64,000 bases of DNA from Candidatus Dojkabacteria bacterium (GCA_016931155.1 JAFGFJ010000010.1:564-64563), one strand, 5' to 3'. Counted from the first letter of the stretch, positions 40,604-50,809 are shown. Numbers and translations: made by a program. Notes: generated by a model not told the origin, from the letters alone.

Positions 40604-41166
40604 GGTTGTACTCTTGTGTAGTTACCGCACTGTGTTACTACCGTGTTTACCTGCTTATCCTCGTCCAGCCTTCTGCATTCGTTGATACAGGCAGTACTAT
40701 TAGCGTCAACTCCATTGGTACATGATTGACATGATGCTTTATCCGGATCTGTGATACAAAAATTGTAAACTTCGGTAACTGGAGTGCTTACATTGAAGAA
40801 TACCAGAACCAGAGCAATACCAATAATTGCTATAAACAACACCGCAACCCCGGTAAGAATAGCTGTAACCGACTTCTTTGCTTCGGTCACTTTTCCTTCT
40901 TCTCCCTGGCTTGAAATGTACTTAATTGCGGCTAGAATCGAAAAGACCACTGCAACCAGAATAACAATTCCAAGTGCAATAATTATTCCAAGTCTGACCC
41001 TGGCCGTCACATAATTTGCCGGATCATTTGATGCCTCTCCGAAAATATCTCTAATAAAGTTGGGAATCAAGCTTGTTTGCGCACTTGCTGATGTCGGCAA
41101 GCCAAAAATTAAAGCAAGAAATGTAGTAACAGAAACAAGGGCGGCTACTGCATATTTCTTTTTCAT
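40600..41166 (-). CDS. TrbC/VirB2-like pilin family protein with Cys-rich tail
   Basis: ASA/Q signal cleavage; AAIKYISSQGEEGKVTEAKKSVTAILTG. Confidence 0.82.
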   Translation of the reverse strand: MKKKYAVAALVSVTTFLALIFGLPTSASAQTSLIPNFIRDIFGEASNDPANYVTARVRLGIIIALGIVILVAVVFSILAAIKYISSQGEEGKVTEAKKSVTAILTGVAVLFIAIIGIALVLVFFNVSTPVTEVYNFCITDPDKASCQSCTNGVDANSTACINECRRLDEDKQVNTVVTQCGNYTRVQP

Positions 41167-41331
41167 ATTTGTTATTTTAAGAGCTAATAGTGAAGTTTAT
41201 ATAATTTTCAATAACAAGTCCAGCGGTGCCGGTTTGGGATTGACAGTAGTACCGACCCGACAGATGAAGTCCAGAGTCTCACGGCGGGCACTATGATACA
41301 TATTCACGCCGATCCAGGAGAATTCGAACAA

Positions 41332-41919
41332 TCATTGCGATCCAGCGGGTGTGGTAGACTCAATACCTACCCAGCCAAGTTCTTTGAGACAAACAAGATC
41401 GCTGTAAGTCTGCCCATCATCATCAAGCCTGTTCTTAGCTTGAAACTTCAGCTCGTTCTTTTTTACTCCAGGGATTGTTGAAGTTGCTCTGCACATTTCA
41501 AGATTTTGTGCCCATTGATAGACATTTCCAAATCCAAAAAACACACCTATCAAACTAAGCACTACAAAAAAAATCAGTCCAGTAGTCAAACCAATAAACA
41601 CATTCTTCACTTCCTGGTAGCCGGATTTTATCTTGTCTTCGGCTCCCTGGCTTGAGATTATTTTAAAAACCCCGATAATGATAACTACTATCCAGACCAC
41701 AAGAAGTACTGAAAACACAAGGGAAGAAAGGTATCCGAGCAGCGAATAAATACCTCCTTCAGCAAAATTTGCTGGAACAAAAATATCAAACTTAAAATCG
41801 TCGAAAAGACCGGCTTCATCACCGGGAACGACCACCTGTGCAGAGACTCTATTCATCGAAATTAAAGAGAAAAGAACTATTGCATTTATAAAGATTATTA
41901 TTCGGGTAATTATTTTCAT
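41332..41919 (-). CDS. TrbC/VirB2-like pilin family protein
   Basis: VSA/Q; GVFKIISSQGAEDKIKSGYQEVKNVFIG. Confidence 0.8.
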   Translation of the reverse strand: MKIITRIIIFINAIVLFSLISMNRVSAQVVVPGDEAGLFDDFKFDIFVPANFAEGGIYSLLGYLSSLVFSVLLVVWIVVIIIGVFKIISSQGAEDKIKSGYQEVKNVFIGLTTGLIFFVVLSLIGVFFGFGNVYQWAQNLEMCRATSTIPGVKKNELKFQAKNRLDDDGQTYSDLVCLKELGWVGIESTTPAGSQ

Positions 41920-42015
41920 TTCTTAAGTCTTATTTAAATATCTTACACAAACTCTTGTCTTTTACCCACCTGCCATCAATATACTGATATAAACAACATT
42001 CATGGTCTTCTGATC

Positions 42016-42588
42016 CTACAGTGCAAGACCCTCCTCTTTCTTCTCCACTCCACACGAAAGGCTGGTATTCGAATCCCAATGAGCCGCCTTAAAATCCGTC
42101 TCAAAAGTGATATCCCAGACATTTCCAAGCCCTAGAAGCAGTGAAAGTATATGAACCACAATAAAACCAATAATGGCAATTATTAGTCCCAGCATTGCAT
42201 TTTTAAAAATTGCTACCGACTTCTTCATATTTTCCTCACTGTCTCCTGCAGTTGAACGAACAAAAATCCCGTAAATTCCGTAAAAAACTGAAAGCACAAC
42301 TAAAAGACCAAAGGCAACAGTAATTCCGCTTCTTACAACCCTTGCAATACCTTCCTGTCCAGGTGAAAACTTAATACCAAAGAAATTTGTCTCTATTCCA
42401 AAGCCCTCCCCTGTACCTTCCGCCCCTTTTGAACACTCACTCACGTCTTCCCCGGCAAGTAACTTTTCTCTAACACAGTTAAAATCAAGCTCCTGTGCAA
42501 AAACTTCATTAGCGGGAAAATGAAAAACAAAACCAGCCAGTATTAAGCAGATGCATATTACTAAAATTTTTTCGGCATACTTCTTCAT
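42016..42588 (-). CDS. TrbC/VirB2-like pilin family protein
   Basis: VFA/Q; YGIFVRSTAGDSEENMKKSVAIFKNAMLG. Confidence 0.8.
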   Translation of the reverse strand: MKKYAEKILVICICLILAGFVFHFPANEVFAQELDFNCVREKLLAGEDVSECSKGAEGTGEGFGIETNFFGIKFSPGQEGIARVVRSGITVAFGLLVVLSVFYGIYGIFVRSTAGDSEENMKKSVAIFKNAMLGLIIAIIGFIVVHILSLLLGLGNVWDITFETDFKAAHWDSNTSLSCGVEKKEEGLAL

Positions 42589-42602
42589 AATTTAGCTGAA
42601 AC

Positions 42603-42968
42603 CTAAGGAGTGGTCACATCTATGATATCAGGTACTCCCAGTATGTCTCCTATAAAGCTGACTATCACACTCGCAAGAACAATTATTAAAAATCCGACAA
42701 TTCCGGCCGTCAAAATCTGCATACTTTTTTTCTCTTTTTCGGGTTCTCCTGCCGCAGTAAGCCTCGTAAAACCTCCATATATGATGACTCCTATCAGAGC
42801 TATGATCGCAATTGGTCTTACAAGTCCGGTTAGCCTTGAAATAAGCCCAATAAGGTCAGAATCGCCTATCGGATTGGGAATTTGTTCAGCATGAACCCTC
42901 GAACTCAACGTAAATCCAGCAGAGAAAAGAACCAGAAACGAAATTATAAAAAAAATTATTTTTCTCAT
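42603..42968 (-). CDS. TrbC/VirB2-like pilin (minimal, probable major subunit)
   Basis: VHA/E; IPNPIG; YGGFTRLTAAGEPEKEKKSMQILTAGIVG. Confidence 0.85.
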   Translation of the reverse strand: MRKIIFFIISFLVLFSAGFTLSSRVHAEQIPNPIGDSDLIGLISRLTGLVRPIAIIALIGVIIYGGFTRLTAAGEPEKEKKSMQILTAGIVGFLIIVLASVIVSFIGDILGVPDIIDVTTP

Positions 42969-42996
42969 CTCCCGAATAATTTACAATAAAGTCAAA

Positions 42997-43980
42997 TCAA
43001 TTGCCAGAAGATGTAATAAATCCTTTTGGAAAGATTCCGAGTACTCTTACTCCAATAAAATCAAGAAGTGGCACCGAGATAAGGATGAGAACAAGGGCAA
43101 TCACAGCTGAAGTTATTATTTCTTTTCCTTCTTTGATTTTTTCAGGATCTCCACTGCGAATTAGAAAAGACGCTTGAATAAACCTGAATATAATCGCCAC
43201 CATAACCACAATTATGGAAAGGCGGATCAACCATGTGATAAGACCACTTCTTGAGGTATCTATACAGCCAAGAGCTGTGTAAGTATAACCGCTATCCCTG
43301 CATTTAACACAGGCAGGATCCTTGTCACAGGCACTGACAGCAATTTCGGTATTGTTAAAAACTACCCCGGCAACTCCACACTTATCTTGACATGTCTGAC
43401 CGGCAAGATCTGCCTGCGGAAAAATATCGCCATTACCACAAGTACACACACCGTTATTATAATCAGTACTCTCGACAAAAATACCATCATCATTCCGGCA
43501 GTATCCCAGTAAGTTCACTATTTCCCCGCCAGTCTTTGTAAGAGATTTTGCCGGAGTTGAACTTTTACATCCTAAAAAATATTTTCCTTCATAAGCTCCA
43601 TCTCCTGCACCTACCTGTTCACCTGGACTTATGCAATAATTTTTCTCTAGTGCTATTTCGACAAGATAGCTGCCTTCTTTTTGGCATAAACCCCTAACCC
43701 CACCAGGCAACACAGCTGCATTGACTGGTTCTTCCTGATTACCTCCAGAAATACACCAGACTCCCGACAGTCGAACATCCAGTGTATATCCAGATGAACA
43801 ACAGTAGCGATTTCCTGAAAGTGTCATAGTGTAGACCGGATAGTTCGAGGGACAATAGCATGCCGAAGATCCGTAGCCAGGAGAGTTACAATTCTCAGCT
43901 GCTTGAGCACTTTCAGGGAGTATCAGAGCAACAACAGTCAGCGATAAAACAGCCAGTACTTGTAGAAATATTTTTCTCAT
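42997..43980 (-). CDS. Pilin-family protein with large Cys-rich N-terminal extracellular region
   Basis: AQA/A signal, many Cys, YTALGCIDT, then TM-SGDPEKIKEGKEIITSAVI-TM. Confidence 0.8.
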   Translation of the reverse strand: MRKIFLQVLAVLSLTVVALILPESAQAAENCNSPGYGSSACYCPSNYPVYTMTLSGNRYCCSSGYTLDVRLSGVWCISGGNQEEPVNAAVLPGGVRGLCQKEGSYLVEIALEKNYCISPGEQVGAGDGAYEGKYFLGCKSSTPAKSLTKTGGEIVNLLGYCRNDDGIFVESTDYNNGVCTCGNGDIFPQADLAGQTCQDKCGVAGVVFNNTEIAVSACDKDPACVKCRDSGYTYTALGCIDTSRSGLITWLIRLSIIVVMVAIIFRFIQASFLIRSGDPEKIKEGKEIITSAVIALVLILISVPLLDFIGVRVLGIFPKGFITSSGN

Positions 43981-44005
43981 TAAGGTAAATATCCTATATT
44001 AATTT

Positions 44006-47000
44006 CTAAACTGCATCCCCGCAAATATCCCTAAAATCACAATATTTACAAACAAAGCCCGGTTTTGCACCAAAATTTCCTTTTGAAACCCCGTCCCCTA
44101 CACCTGCAACTTTTTCCTTAATTTTTTCTTCTAATTTTTTCATTCTCTCCCCTTCTGTCTCAACTTTCAACCCCTCATCTACAAACATCAGACTCAATAT
44201 TTCAGGCTCAAGTTTAAAAACCTCTCTTGCCGCCAGTGCATAGATTGCAAGCTGAAGATCTTTATCAACTTCTTTCTGTTCCCTTACCTTCCCTGTTTTG
44301 TAATCGATTATCTCAACTACCTGCTTCCCCTCTTTCGCTCCCATCAGATCCACCCTGTCTATCACACCACTTACTGTATAGTCCCCGATTTTCAGCCTAA
44401 ACGGCTGTTCGAGCAGAAACGGCCTCTGATCTTCAGAATATAACTTTTTATAAAATTCCTCAAGGGAAGTCTGTCCTCGCACATGCATTTTTTCTCTATA
44501 GGTTTTTGATCTAAATGCTCCCCCTGCCTTCGCAGTCATCGCCTCCCATTTTTCCTCGAAAATTTCTTTTAGTTTTCCCTGTGCAGGTTTTTCTTCAAAG
44601 CCGTCGAATCCTCCCTGATTCTTTTTCAAAATCTCATAAAATGCTTTAAGAGTATTGTGAATGACGCTTCCATAAACTAAAGCAGGAGCAGGAGATACTG
44701 GCACTTTCAAGATAAATTTATACTTATATTGCTTCGGACATTTCTCATAACTTTCAATCTGTGAGTAGGAAAGGTTTGCAGGCCTGTTTTTACTGAGCCC
44801 TCCTTCATACTTTTCCGCTTCATGTTCTGCTTTCTCTTTTTCTGAAAAAATACTGCTTTCATATGATTTTGGTGAGGCAAGTTTCTCCAAAACCTCTTTT
44901 TCCCCAAAAGCCTCAACTGCAAAAGGAGAAATTTTCTGCTTTCTTTTTCCCGCCCCATAATGCTGAGCGGCAGTAATGTAAAGCTTATCTTGAGCACGGG
45001 TCATACCAACATAAAATAATCTTCTTTCCTCCTGGAGATGCTCGTCTCCTTCCGGAAGTATTTCCTTAATTAGCTCTTCAGGAATAGGAATCTGATCAGA
45101 ACGGTTCGTGGAAGGAAATCTTCCCTGAGCTACATTGGGTAAAAACACTACAGGGAATTCAAGCCCTTTAGCCGAGTGAACGGTAATGATATGAACAGCG
45201 TCCATATCCGGCAAGTCGATATCTGAATAAGGAGAATCACCGAGATCTGTAACGAGATCAAGATACTGAACAAATTTATTGAGAGCCGCCATTCCTTCCT
45301 CTTTATTTGTATTCTCAAACCCTTTTATAAAATCAAAAAACTTTGCAATGTTTTGGACTTTTACTTCATTCTCCGCTTCCAGACTTTTGGCAACAACTTT
45401 TTTCTCTTTTAATTTTTTGCTTTGTTTGCCCTTGCCATTTTCCGTAAGAAACTCCAGATAGCCTGATTCTTTAATAAAATCGAGTAGAACCTCTCCAGGT
45501 GTCTTCCCATCTTTGACTTTTTCCCATGTCTTTTCAATATTTCCCACCAGGCTTTTTATTTTTTCTTTGCTTTCCTCTCTGATATCAAGATCGAGCGAGC
45601 CGTTTGTAAAATTTTGAAGAATTTTAAAAAGAGATTCCCCCTGTTCTTTCGCATTTTTGTTTATTTCAATCAACTCTTCCCCTGTCAGATCAAGAATCTC
45701 AAAATCAAGGACACCAAACATCGGCACATTATCGGAATAATCTGCAAGTATCTTCAAAATATTTATCATGTCCTTTACCTCGGGACGGAGAAAAAGCTTC
45801 TTTGCTCCACCAAACTGAAAAGGAATCCCGTGATAACGCAAGGCCTGGATTATCTCATCAGAATGATCATTTGCCCGGACAAGAATAGCAATATCAGAAT
45901 ACTCAAATCCCGTCGAATTATCTCCACTCTGAGTAAAACTCTCAAAAATCGGAAGCTCCTGATTTTCGGCAGATACTGACATATCTTTATGACTTGATTT
46001 ATCTCTATGAAGTGACTGTGTGCGGAAATTCTTTCCTTTGACAAGATGAAGTATCTCTTCAGAAATCCATTCTGCTTCGTCTGCTGCTTTGAGAAAATAG
46101 TTGAATTTGACGGCAGAACCTGTTTGTTCCTGGTCTTTTTCTATTTCACCAAAAGCTTTACCCGAAAAGGCAGTCAATTTTTTATTAATATTTTCTTTTA
46201 CTTCAAGTCTGTCCGGATTGTTATTTTGAATTACCTGATAAGAACTATCTAAAATCTGCTGGTTCGAGCGGTAATTTTCTGTGAGAACAATATTTTGAGA
46301 ATGAGGAAAGTCTTTTCTGAATTGAAGGACGTTAGATACTGCAGCTCCACGAAATCTGTAGATAGACTGGTCGTCATCTGCTACCACCGTGATGGCAGGA
46401 ATCCTCCCACTCACTGTCATCTTCTTCCGAGCTAAAGCTGGAGGCGGAGGATTCCTGCCATCACCTGTATAGGAAACCCCAACCTCAGTAGAGAGCATTT
46501 TCACAATCTCGTACTGTGCGTAATTCGTGTCCTGAAATTCATCGACCAAAATATATTTAAATTTTTCCTGCCACACTTTCAAAATGTTCGGTCTATCCCG
46601 GAAAAGCTTTAGAGTATTCGCAATAAGGTCTCCAAAATCAAAAACCGATTCCTTGACCTTTAGATCAACGTACTGCCTGTAAGCTGAAGCCAATTCTTCA
46701 ACATTGGGATACTTTTCTTTTCCTTCAGCATTCTTCGAAACTTTTTTTGCATACTCTTCATAATCTTCAGCAGAAATATCCTCATCCTGAAGCCTTGAAA
46801 AATGCTTAAGAAGAGCTCCAACAAATTTGGTTGGGTTTGACAGGGGACGGAAATACTTGAGGTCAAAATCAAATAGACGGCTCTGTACAAAATAGTAAGA
46901 CTCACTTTGATTCATCAATTTGTAGTCAGGATTCAGGCCGACATGAATCCCATCCTGCTTCAAAATCCGATCACAAAAGGCGTGAAATGTCGAAATCCAG

Positions 47001-47242
47001 ACCTCTGAATAGCCGAGAGGAAGGGCAATATCTACCCTCTCCTGCATTTCATTTGCCGCTTTTTCGGTAAATGTCAGAGCAAGAATTTCATCGGGCTTTG
47101 CTTTGCCCTGATCGATCAGCCAAACAATTCTTTCAGTAATTACTTTGGTCTTCCCCGTACCTGCTCCAGCAATAATAATAAGAGGCTCATCTGCAAAAGT
47201 TACTGCTTTCTGCTGTTCCTTGTTGAGTTTGAAGTCGGACAT
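44006..47242 (-). CDS. UvrD/PcrA-family helicase fused to C-terminal PD-(D/E)XK Fe-S nuclease (AdnAB/AddAB-like)
   Basis: AGAGTGKT, TFTEKAA, VDEFQDTN, DDDQSIYRFRGA, TVHSAKGLEF, EERRLFYVGMTRA; CPKQY, GVIDRVD, IIDYKTG, QLAIY, CKYCDFRDIC. Confidence 0.93.
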   Translation of the reverse strand: MSDFKLNKEQQKAVTFADEPLIIIAGAGTGKTKVITERIVWLIDQGKAKPDEILALTFTEKAANEMQERVDIALPLGYSEVWISTFHAFCDRILKQDGIHVGLNPDYKLMNQSESYYFVQSRLFDFDLKYFRPLSNPTKFVGALLKHFSRLQDEDISAEDYEEYAKKVSKNAEGKEKYPNVEELASAYRQYVDLKVKESVFDFGDLIANTLKLFRDRPNILKVWQEKFKYILVDEFQDTNYAQYEIVKMLSTEVGVSYTGDGRNPPPPALARKKMTVSGRIPAITVVADDDQSIYRFRGAAVSNVLQFRKDFPHSQNIVLTENYRSNQQILDSSYQVIQNNNPDRLEVKENINKKLTAFSGKAFGEIEKDQEQTGSAVKFNYFLKAADEAEWISEEILHLVKGKNFRTQSLHRDKSSHKDMSVSAENQELPIFESFTQSGDNSTGFEYSDIAILVRANDHSDEIIQALRYHGIPFQFGGAKKLFLRPEVKDMINILKILADYSDNVPMFGVLDFEILDLTGEELIEINKNAKEQGESLFKILQNFTNGSLDLDIREESKEKIKSLVGNIEKTWEKVKDGKTPGEVLLDFIKESGYLEFLTENGKGKQSKKLKEKKVVAKSLEAENEVKVQNIAKFFDFIKGFENTNKEEGMAALNKFVQYLDLVTDLGDSPYSDIDLPDMDAVHIITVHSAKGLEFPVVFLPNVAQGRFPSTNRSDQIPIPEELIKEILPEGDEHLQEERRLFYVGMTRAQDKLYITAAQHYGAGKRKQKISPFAVEAFGEKEVLEKLASPKSYESSIFSEKEKAEHEAEKYEGGLSKNRPANLSYSQIESYEKCPKQYKYKFILKVPVSPAPALVYGSVIHNTLKAFYEILKKNQGGFDGFEEKPAQGKLKEIFEEKWEAMTAKAGGAFRSKTYREKMHVRGQTSLEEFYKKLYSEDQRPFLLEQPFRLKIGDYTVSGVIDRVDLMGAKEGKQVVEIIDYKTGKVREQKEVDKDLQLAIYALAAREVFKLEPEILSLMFVDEGLKVETEGERMKKLEEKIKEKVAGVGDGVSKGNFGAKPGFVCKYCDFRDICGDAV

Positions 47243-47407
47243 TTTCGAGGAAATTATAAGAGAAGTATAACATCAAAGGAAAAACTAAGCATTTACATAA
47301 CTGACCAGCACTATGTTAGAAAGGACAGAATATAATGCTCTCCTAATGCTTATAAAGAATCTCGTATTTCCAATTTCGTGTATTTTTAATTCATTTTTAG
47401 TGAAGCC

Positions 47408-49951
47408 TCACGGAAGATCTCTTAGACTGGAGAGCTCTATCTTACTCCCGCTCTTGATTTTGCCTTCGATTATCATTTTCGCAAGTGAATTTACAACCCT
47501 CTCCTGAACAACCCTCCTAAGCTCACGACCCCCATAGACCGGATTGTATCCCAGTTCACCAAGCTCCTCCAAAAGTCTTACTGAATAAGCCATTGCTATC
47601 CCCTTCTCCTTCAGCTTCTCCTGCTCTTTTTTCATAAACAGGTCTGCAACCTGCACTACTTCCTCCTTACTCAAAGGCTTGAACATCACAACTTTATCAA
47701 ACCTGTTCAACAACTCCACTTTGAAAGTTTCTCTGAGCTTTGGCATAATTACATCATAGACTTCATCATAGTTTTCTCCTGCCTCAAGTTTTTCAGCTAT
47801 ATCTTTTGAGCTGGCATTTGATGTGGCCACAATTATTGTATTTGTAAAATCAACCTTCCTTCCCAGCCCGTCCTTGATTTGACCTTCATCCAGAATTTGC
47901 AAAAACAAATCAAGCACCTTTGGATAAGCTTTCTCTATTTCATCCAGAAGAATTAGAGAATAAGACTTCTTCCTTACCGGTTCAGTCAAATAACCACCTT
48001 CAAACCCATCACCTTCAGGGTATCCAATTAAACGCTTCATGTTTTCTTTTTCATGATACTCGCTCATATCCAGCCTGATCATTAGTTTTTCATCACCGTA
48101 ATAAGTTTCAGCAATAGCCTTAGCCACTTCAGTCTTTCCGACACCTGTCGGTCCAAAAAACAGAAATGAAGCAATCGGCCTTCCCTCCCCAGCTAGTCCT
48201 GCCCTTGACCTTCTCAATGCATCAGCAACAGCCTTAATTGCAGGCATCTGATCAATCACTCTCTTATGCAGTAATTCCTCAAATTTCGCCAGCACTTTGC
48301 CTTCTTCTCTAGAAATTTCCCCGATTTTTACACCTACTTTTTTCGAGATAAGTTCATTTATTTGCTCCTCATTTACCGTTTTTGAAATACTTCCCGAAGC
48401 CTTTGCACAAGCTTCTTCCAGAACGTCCAAAGCCTTTTGTGGAAGTACTTTGTCATGCAAGACTTTACTCGACAGCTCGACAGCCTGTTTTACAGCATCA
48501 AAAGAAATTTTGATCTTATAGTGAGCTTCAAGAGCAGGCACCATATCAATCAAAATCTGCTGAGCTACCATGTTAGTAGGTTCTTCCATTGTCAAAATAT
48601 CAAGGAATTTCATCAAACCTGTCCTCGGGTTCACCTCTTTCTTATATGTCTCATTTGTAGCAGTAATAACCAGACGTATCTCGTGTCTATCAAGAGCATC
48701 AACAATAACCGAGACAATCTCTTCAGCAAGTTCGGATCTACCCGAAAGTAACTGAACAACATCCTCAAAAACCAGAATAACGTTTTTTGCTTTTGCCGTA
48801 TCTGCAAATACCTTTCCCAGTTTCTTTTTAAAGCTTTCTATGTTTCTTGAAGTTGCAGAAGCCTTGGCAATATCAAAACTGACAAGTCTCATATCACGGA
48901 GATTTTTCGGGACATCCTCAACAACCATCCTTACTCCAAGGCTCTTTAGAAGCGTAGTTTTTCCGACACCCGGATCTCCGATAAGCAAAACTGCACTTTT
49001 TTTACCTTTGGACAAAAGATCGATTAGTTCCTGGAGTTCTTTTTCCCTTGCAATAGAAAAAGTGAAATCACCTTTGATAACATCAACTGTATAATCCCTA
49101 CTGAATTTATTGAGAGTACCTGCAAAACCTGATGTATAAGCTCTATTCACAACACTTATCGGTTTGAATGGAGCTTTTTTCTTCCACATTCTCAAATAAT
49201 GTTTTTTCTTTTCCTCATTTTTTATCCAGAGCAGTAGACCCTCCACCTCTTCAGGTCTGGCTTCTTTTTCAAGCAAAACCTGCTTCAACTCGTTCCTGGC
49301 AAGATAAAAAAATACTGCCCTTTCGTCTACATATTCAAAGTTGTGTTCGTAGGCAAGTTCAAAAGCACCAACCATCGTCCTGGCAAAAAACTCTTTGAAG
49401 TCTGAAGTAAGAAGGTCGATCCCCGAAAGGTTTGCAGAAAGAAGTTCATGAGTTGTAAGCCCAAGTCTAGTAATTACTGCATTTACATCCCTGTAGCCGG
49501 TAAGTTCACCGAGGAGTCTTTGCAGGTAATTTACTGGTTTTTCTGCGATAAGTACATCGAAAATATCAAGAATATCGAAATCAAAATAACTTGTGATCTC
49601 GATATCGTTTACACCTCTTTCCAAATCTCTTGTGACTCTACTGAGCCTGAAGTGCCTTAGTTTGTCACTAAACTCTTCAAGGTTTCTGTTGAGATAAAGC
49701 GAGTAAATAAGAAGACCTGAGGTAATAGTCAAAATTAAGTCCAGTGTGCTCCCCGATTCAGATAACAATGAAGGAAGCTCTCCAATAGAGATTTTCATAA
49801 AAAGAACAACAGGAATTACAATAATAGAAAGGATAAGAAGAAACTTCCCCAGGTATCTCTGCGCCTTATGCTCGATCTGTCTTTTCCCTCCTTTTTTTTG
49901 GATATAGTCCCAGTCAATGCTAAGTTTTATTCCTTTAAAATCCTCCAACAT
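47408..49951 (-). CDS. ClpA/B/C-family AAA+ ATPase with N-terminal TM segments
   Basis: GDPGVGKTT, GPTGVGKTE, RLDMSEY, LLDEIEKA, ELLNRFD, YGGRELRR. Confidence 0.9.
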   Translation of the reverse strand: MLEDFKGIKLSIDWDYIQKKGGKRQIEHKAQRYLGKFLLILSIIVIPVVLFMKISIGELPSLLSESGSTLDLILTITSGLLIYSLYLNRNLEEFSDKLRHFRLSRVTRDLERGVNDIEITSYFDFDILDIFDVLIAEKPVNYLQRLLGELTGYRDVNAVITRLGLTTHELLSANLSGIDLLTSDFKEFFARTMVGAFELAYEHNFEYVDERAVFFYLARNELKQVLLEKEARPEEVEGLLLWIKNEEKKKHYLRMWKKKAPFKPISVVNRAYTSGFAGTLNKFSRDYTVDVIKGDFTFSIAREKELQELIDLLSKGKKSAVLLIGDPGVGKTTLLKSLGVRMVVEDVPKNLRDMRLVSFDIAKASATSRNIESFKKKLGKVFADTAKAKNVILVFEDVVQLLSGRSELAEEIVSVIVDALDRHEIRLVITATNETYKKEVNPRTGLMKFLDILTMEEPTNMVAQQILIDMVPALEAHYKIKISFDAVKQAVELSSKVLHDKVLPQKALDVLEEACAKASGSISKTVNEEQINELISKKVGVKIGEISREEGKVLAKFEELLHKRVIDQMPAIKAVADALRRSRAGLAGEGRPIASFLFFGPTGVGKTEVAKAIAETYYGDEKLMIRLDMSEYHEKENMKRLIGYPEGDGFEGGYLTEPVRKKSYSLILLDEIEKAYPKVLDLFLQILDEGQIKDGLGRKVDFTNTIIVATSNASSKDIAEKLEAGENYDEVYDVIMPKLRETFKVELLNRFDKVVMFKPLSKEEVVQVADLFMKKEQEKLKEKGIAMAYSVRLLEELGELGYNPVYGGRELRRVVQERVVNSLAKMIIEGKIKSGSKIELSSLRDLP

Positions 49952-50269
49952 TTAAATAAAAATAATAAGCCGATAAATAATTACTATTGGCAGGGCAAAA
50001 TACGCAAGAGAAACTCCCCACAAAGGTATACCCGCAAGAAGAAAAATAATAAACCCGCTGAATCCCCACACTAATCTGATTACAAAACTTATAAACCTGC
50101 CCGTCAATGAGTAGTCCTGGTAAAGAGGTACGAATAGGTTTGCAAGCATAGGTACAACATTCAAAATTCCAAGGACATACATCCAGTGCCTGAAAATCCC
50201 ACTGATAATGCTTTTTCCTTTAACGTAGTACCACCAGATCCAGAAATTTATCAGATAGTCTTTGATCAT
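49952..50269 (-). CDS. Small membrane protein coupled to the Clp ATPase
   Basis: WWY...LANLFVPLYQDYSLTGRFISFVIR; stop abuts the Clp ATG. Confidence 0.75.
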   Translation of the reverse strand: MIKDYLINFWIWWYYVKGKSIISGIFRHWMYVLGILNVVPMLANLFVPLYQDYSLTGRFISFVIRLVWGFSGFIIFLLAGIPLWGVSLAYFALPIVIIYRLIIFI

Positions 50270-50325
50270 TCGGACAGTAAGAAAATCTATAAGACATATT
50301 AAATGAGTAGACCGCTAGAGGCAAT

Positions 50326-50663
50326 GGTTTAAATTTGATGTTTATCAAAATATTAAGGTGGTACCCATTGAAACCTTGATTTCTCAGAAAACTGCGGCTT
50401 TATTAAAACGAAAAAGAGCAAAGGGACGTGATTTTTTTGATATTTCTTTCATGATCAGCAAGGGGGTCAGGCCTGACACAAAATACTTGCAAGAAAAGCT
50501 AAATTTCAAAACTTTAGGGGATTTGAAAGCGGCTTTATTGAAACACTCAAGCAAAGTAAATCTAAAGGAATTGGCTGAAGACCTTAAAAGTATTCTTTTT
50601 AAACCATCACAGGCAGACAGGATAACAAATTTCACTGACCAGATTGACCGGATTAATATCTGA
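50326..50663 (+). pseudogene. C-terminal fragment of an AbiEii-family nucleotidyltransferase toxin
   Basis: KFDV...PIETLISQKTAALLKRKRAKGRDFFDI motif; the N-terminal GGT/SxDxD half and the antitoxin are absent. Confidence 0.7.
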
Positions 50664-50809
50664 TTTTTTGTATGTAATTACCGGTAGATAATGAGCAACC
50701 CCAACACGTTAAAAAGAAATGTCGGGTTTTAATGTGGAATGGAAGCATAATGCACATAAGTGTCTTAACAGGTAATGACATCGGGGCACGACATTGATAA
50801 AATCCTGTA

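Noticed and set aside
50270-50809. Replication origin at the strand switch
   Set aside because: No dnaA/dnaN and no cluster of TTATCCACA boxes seen.
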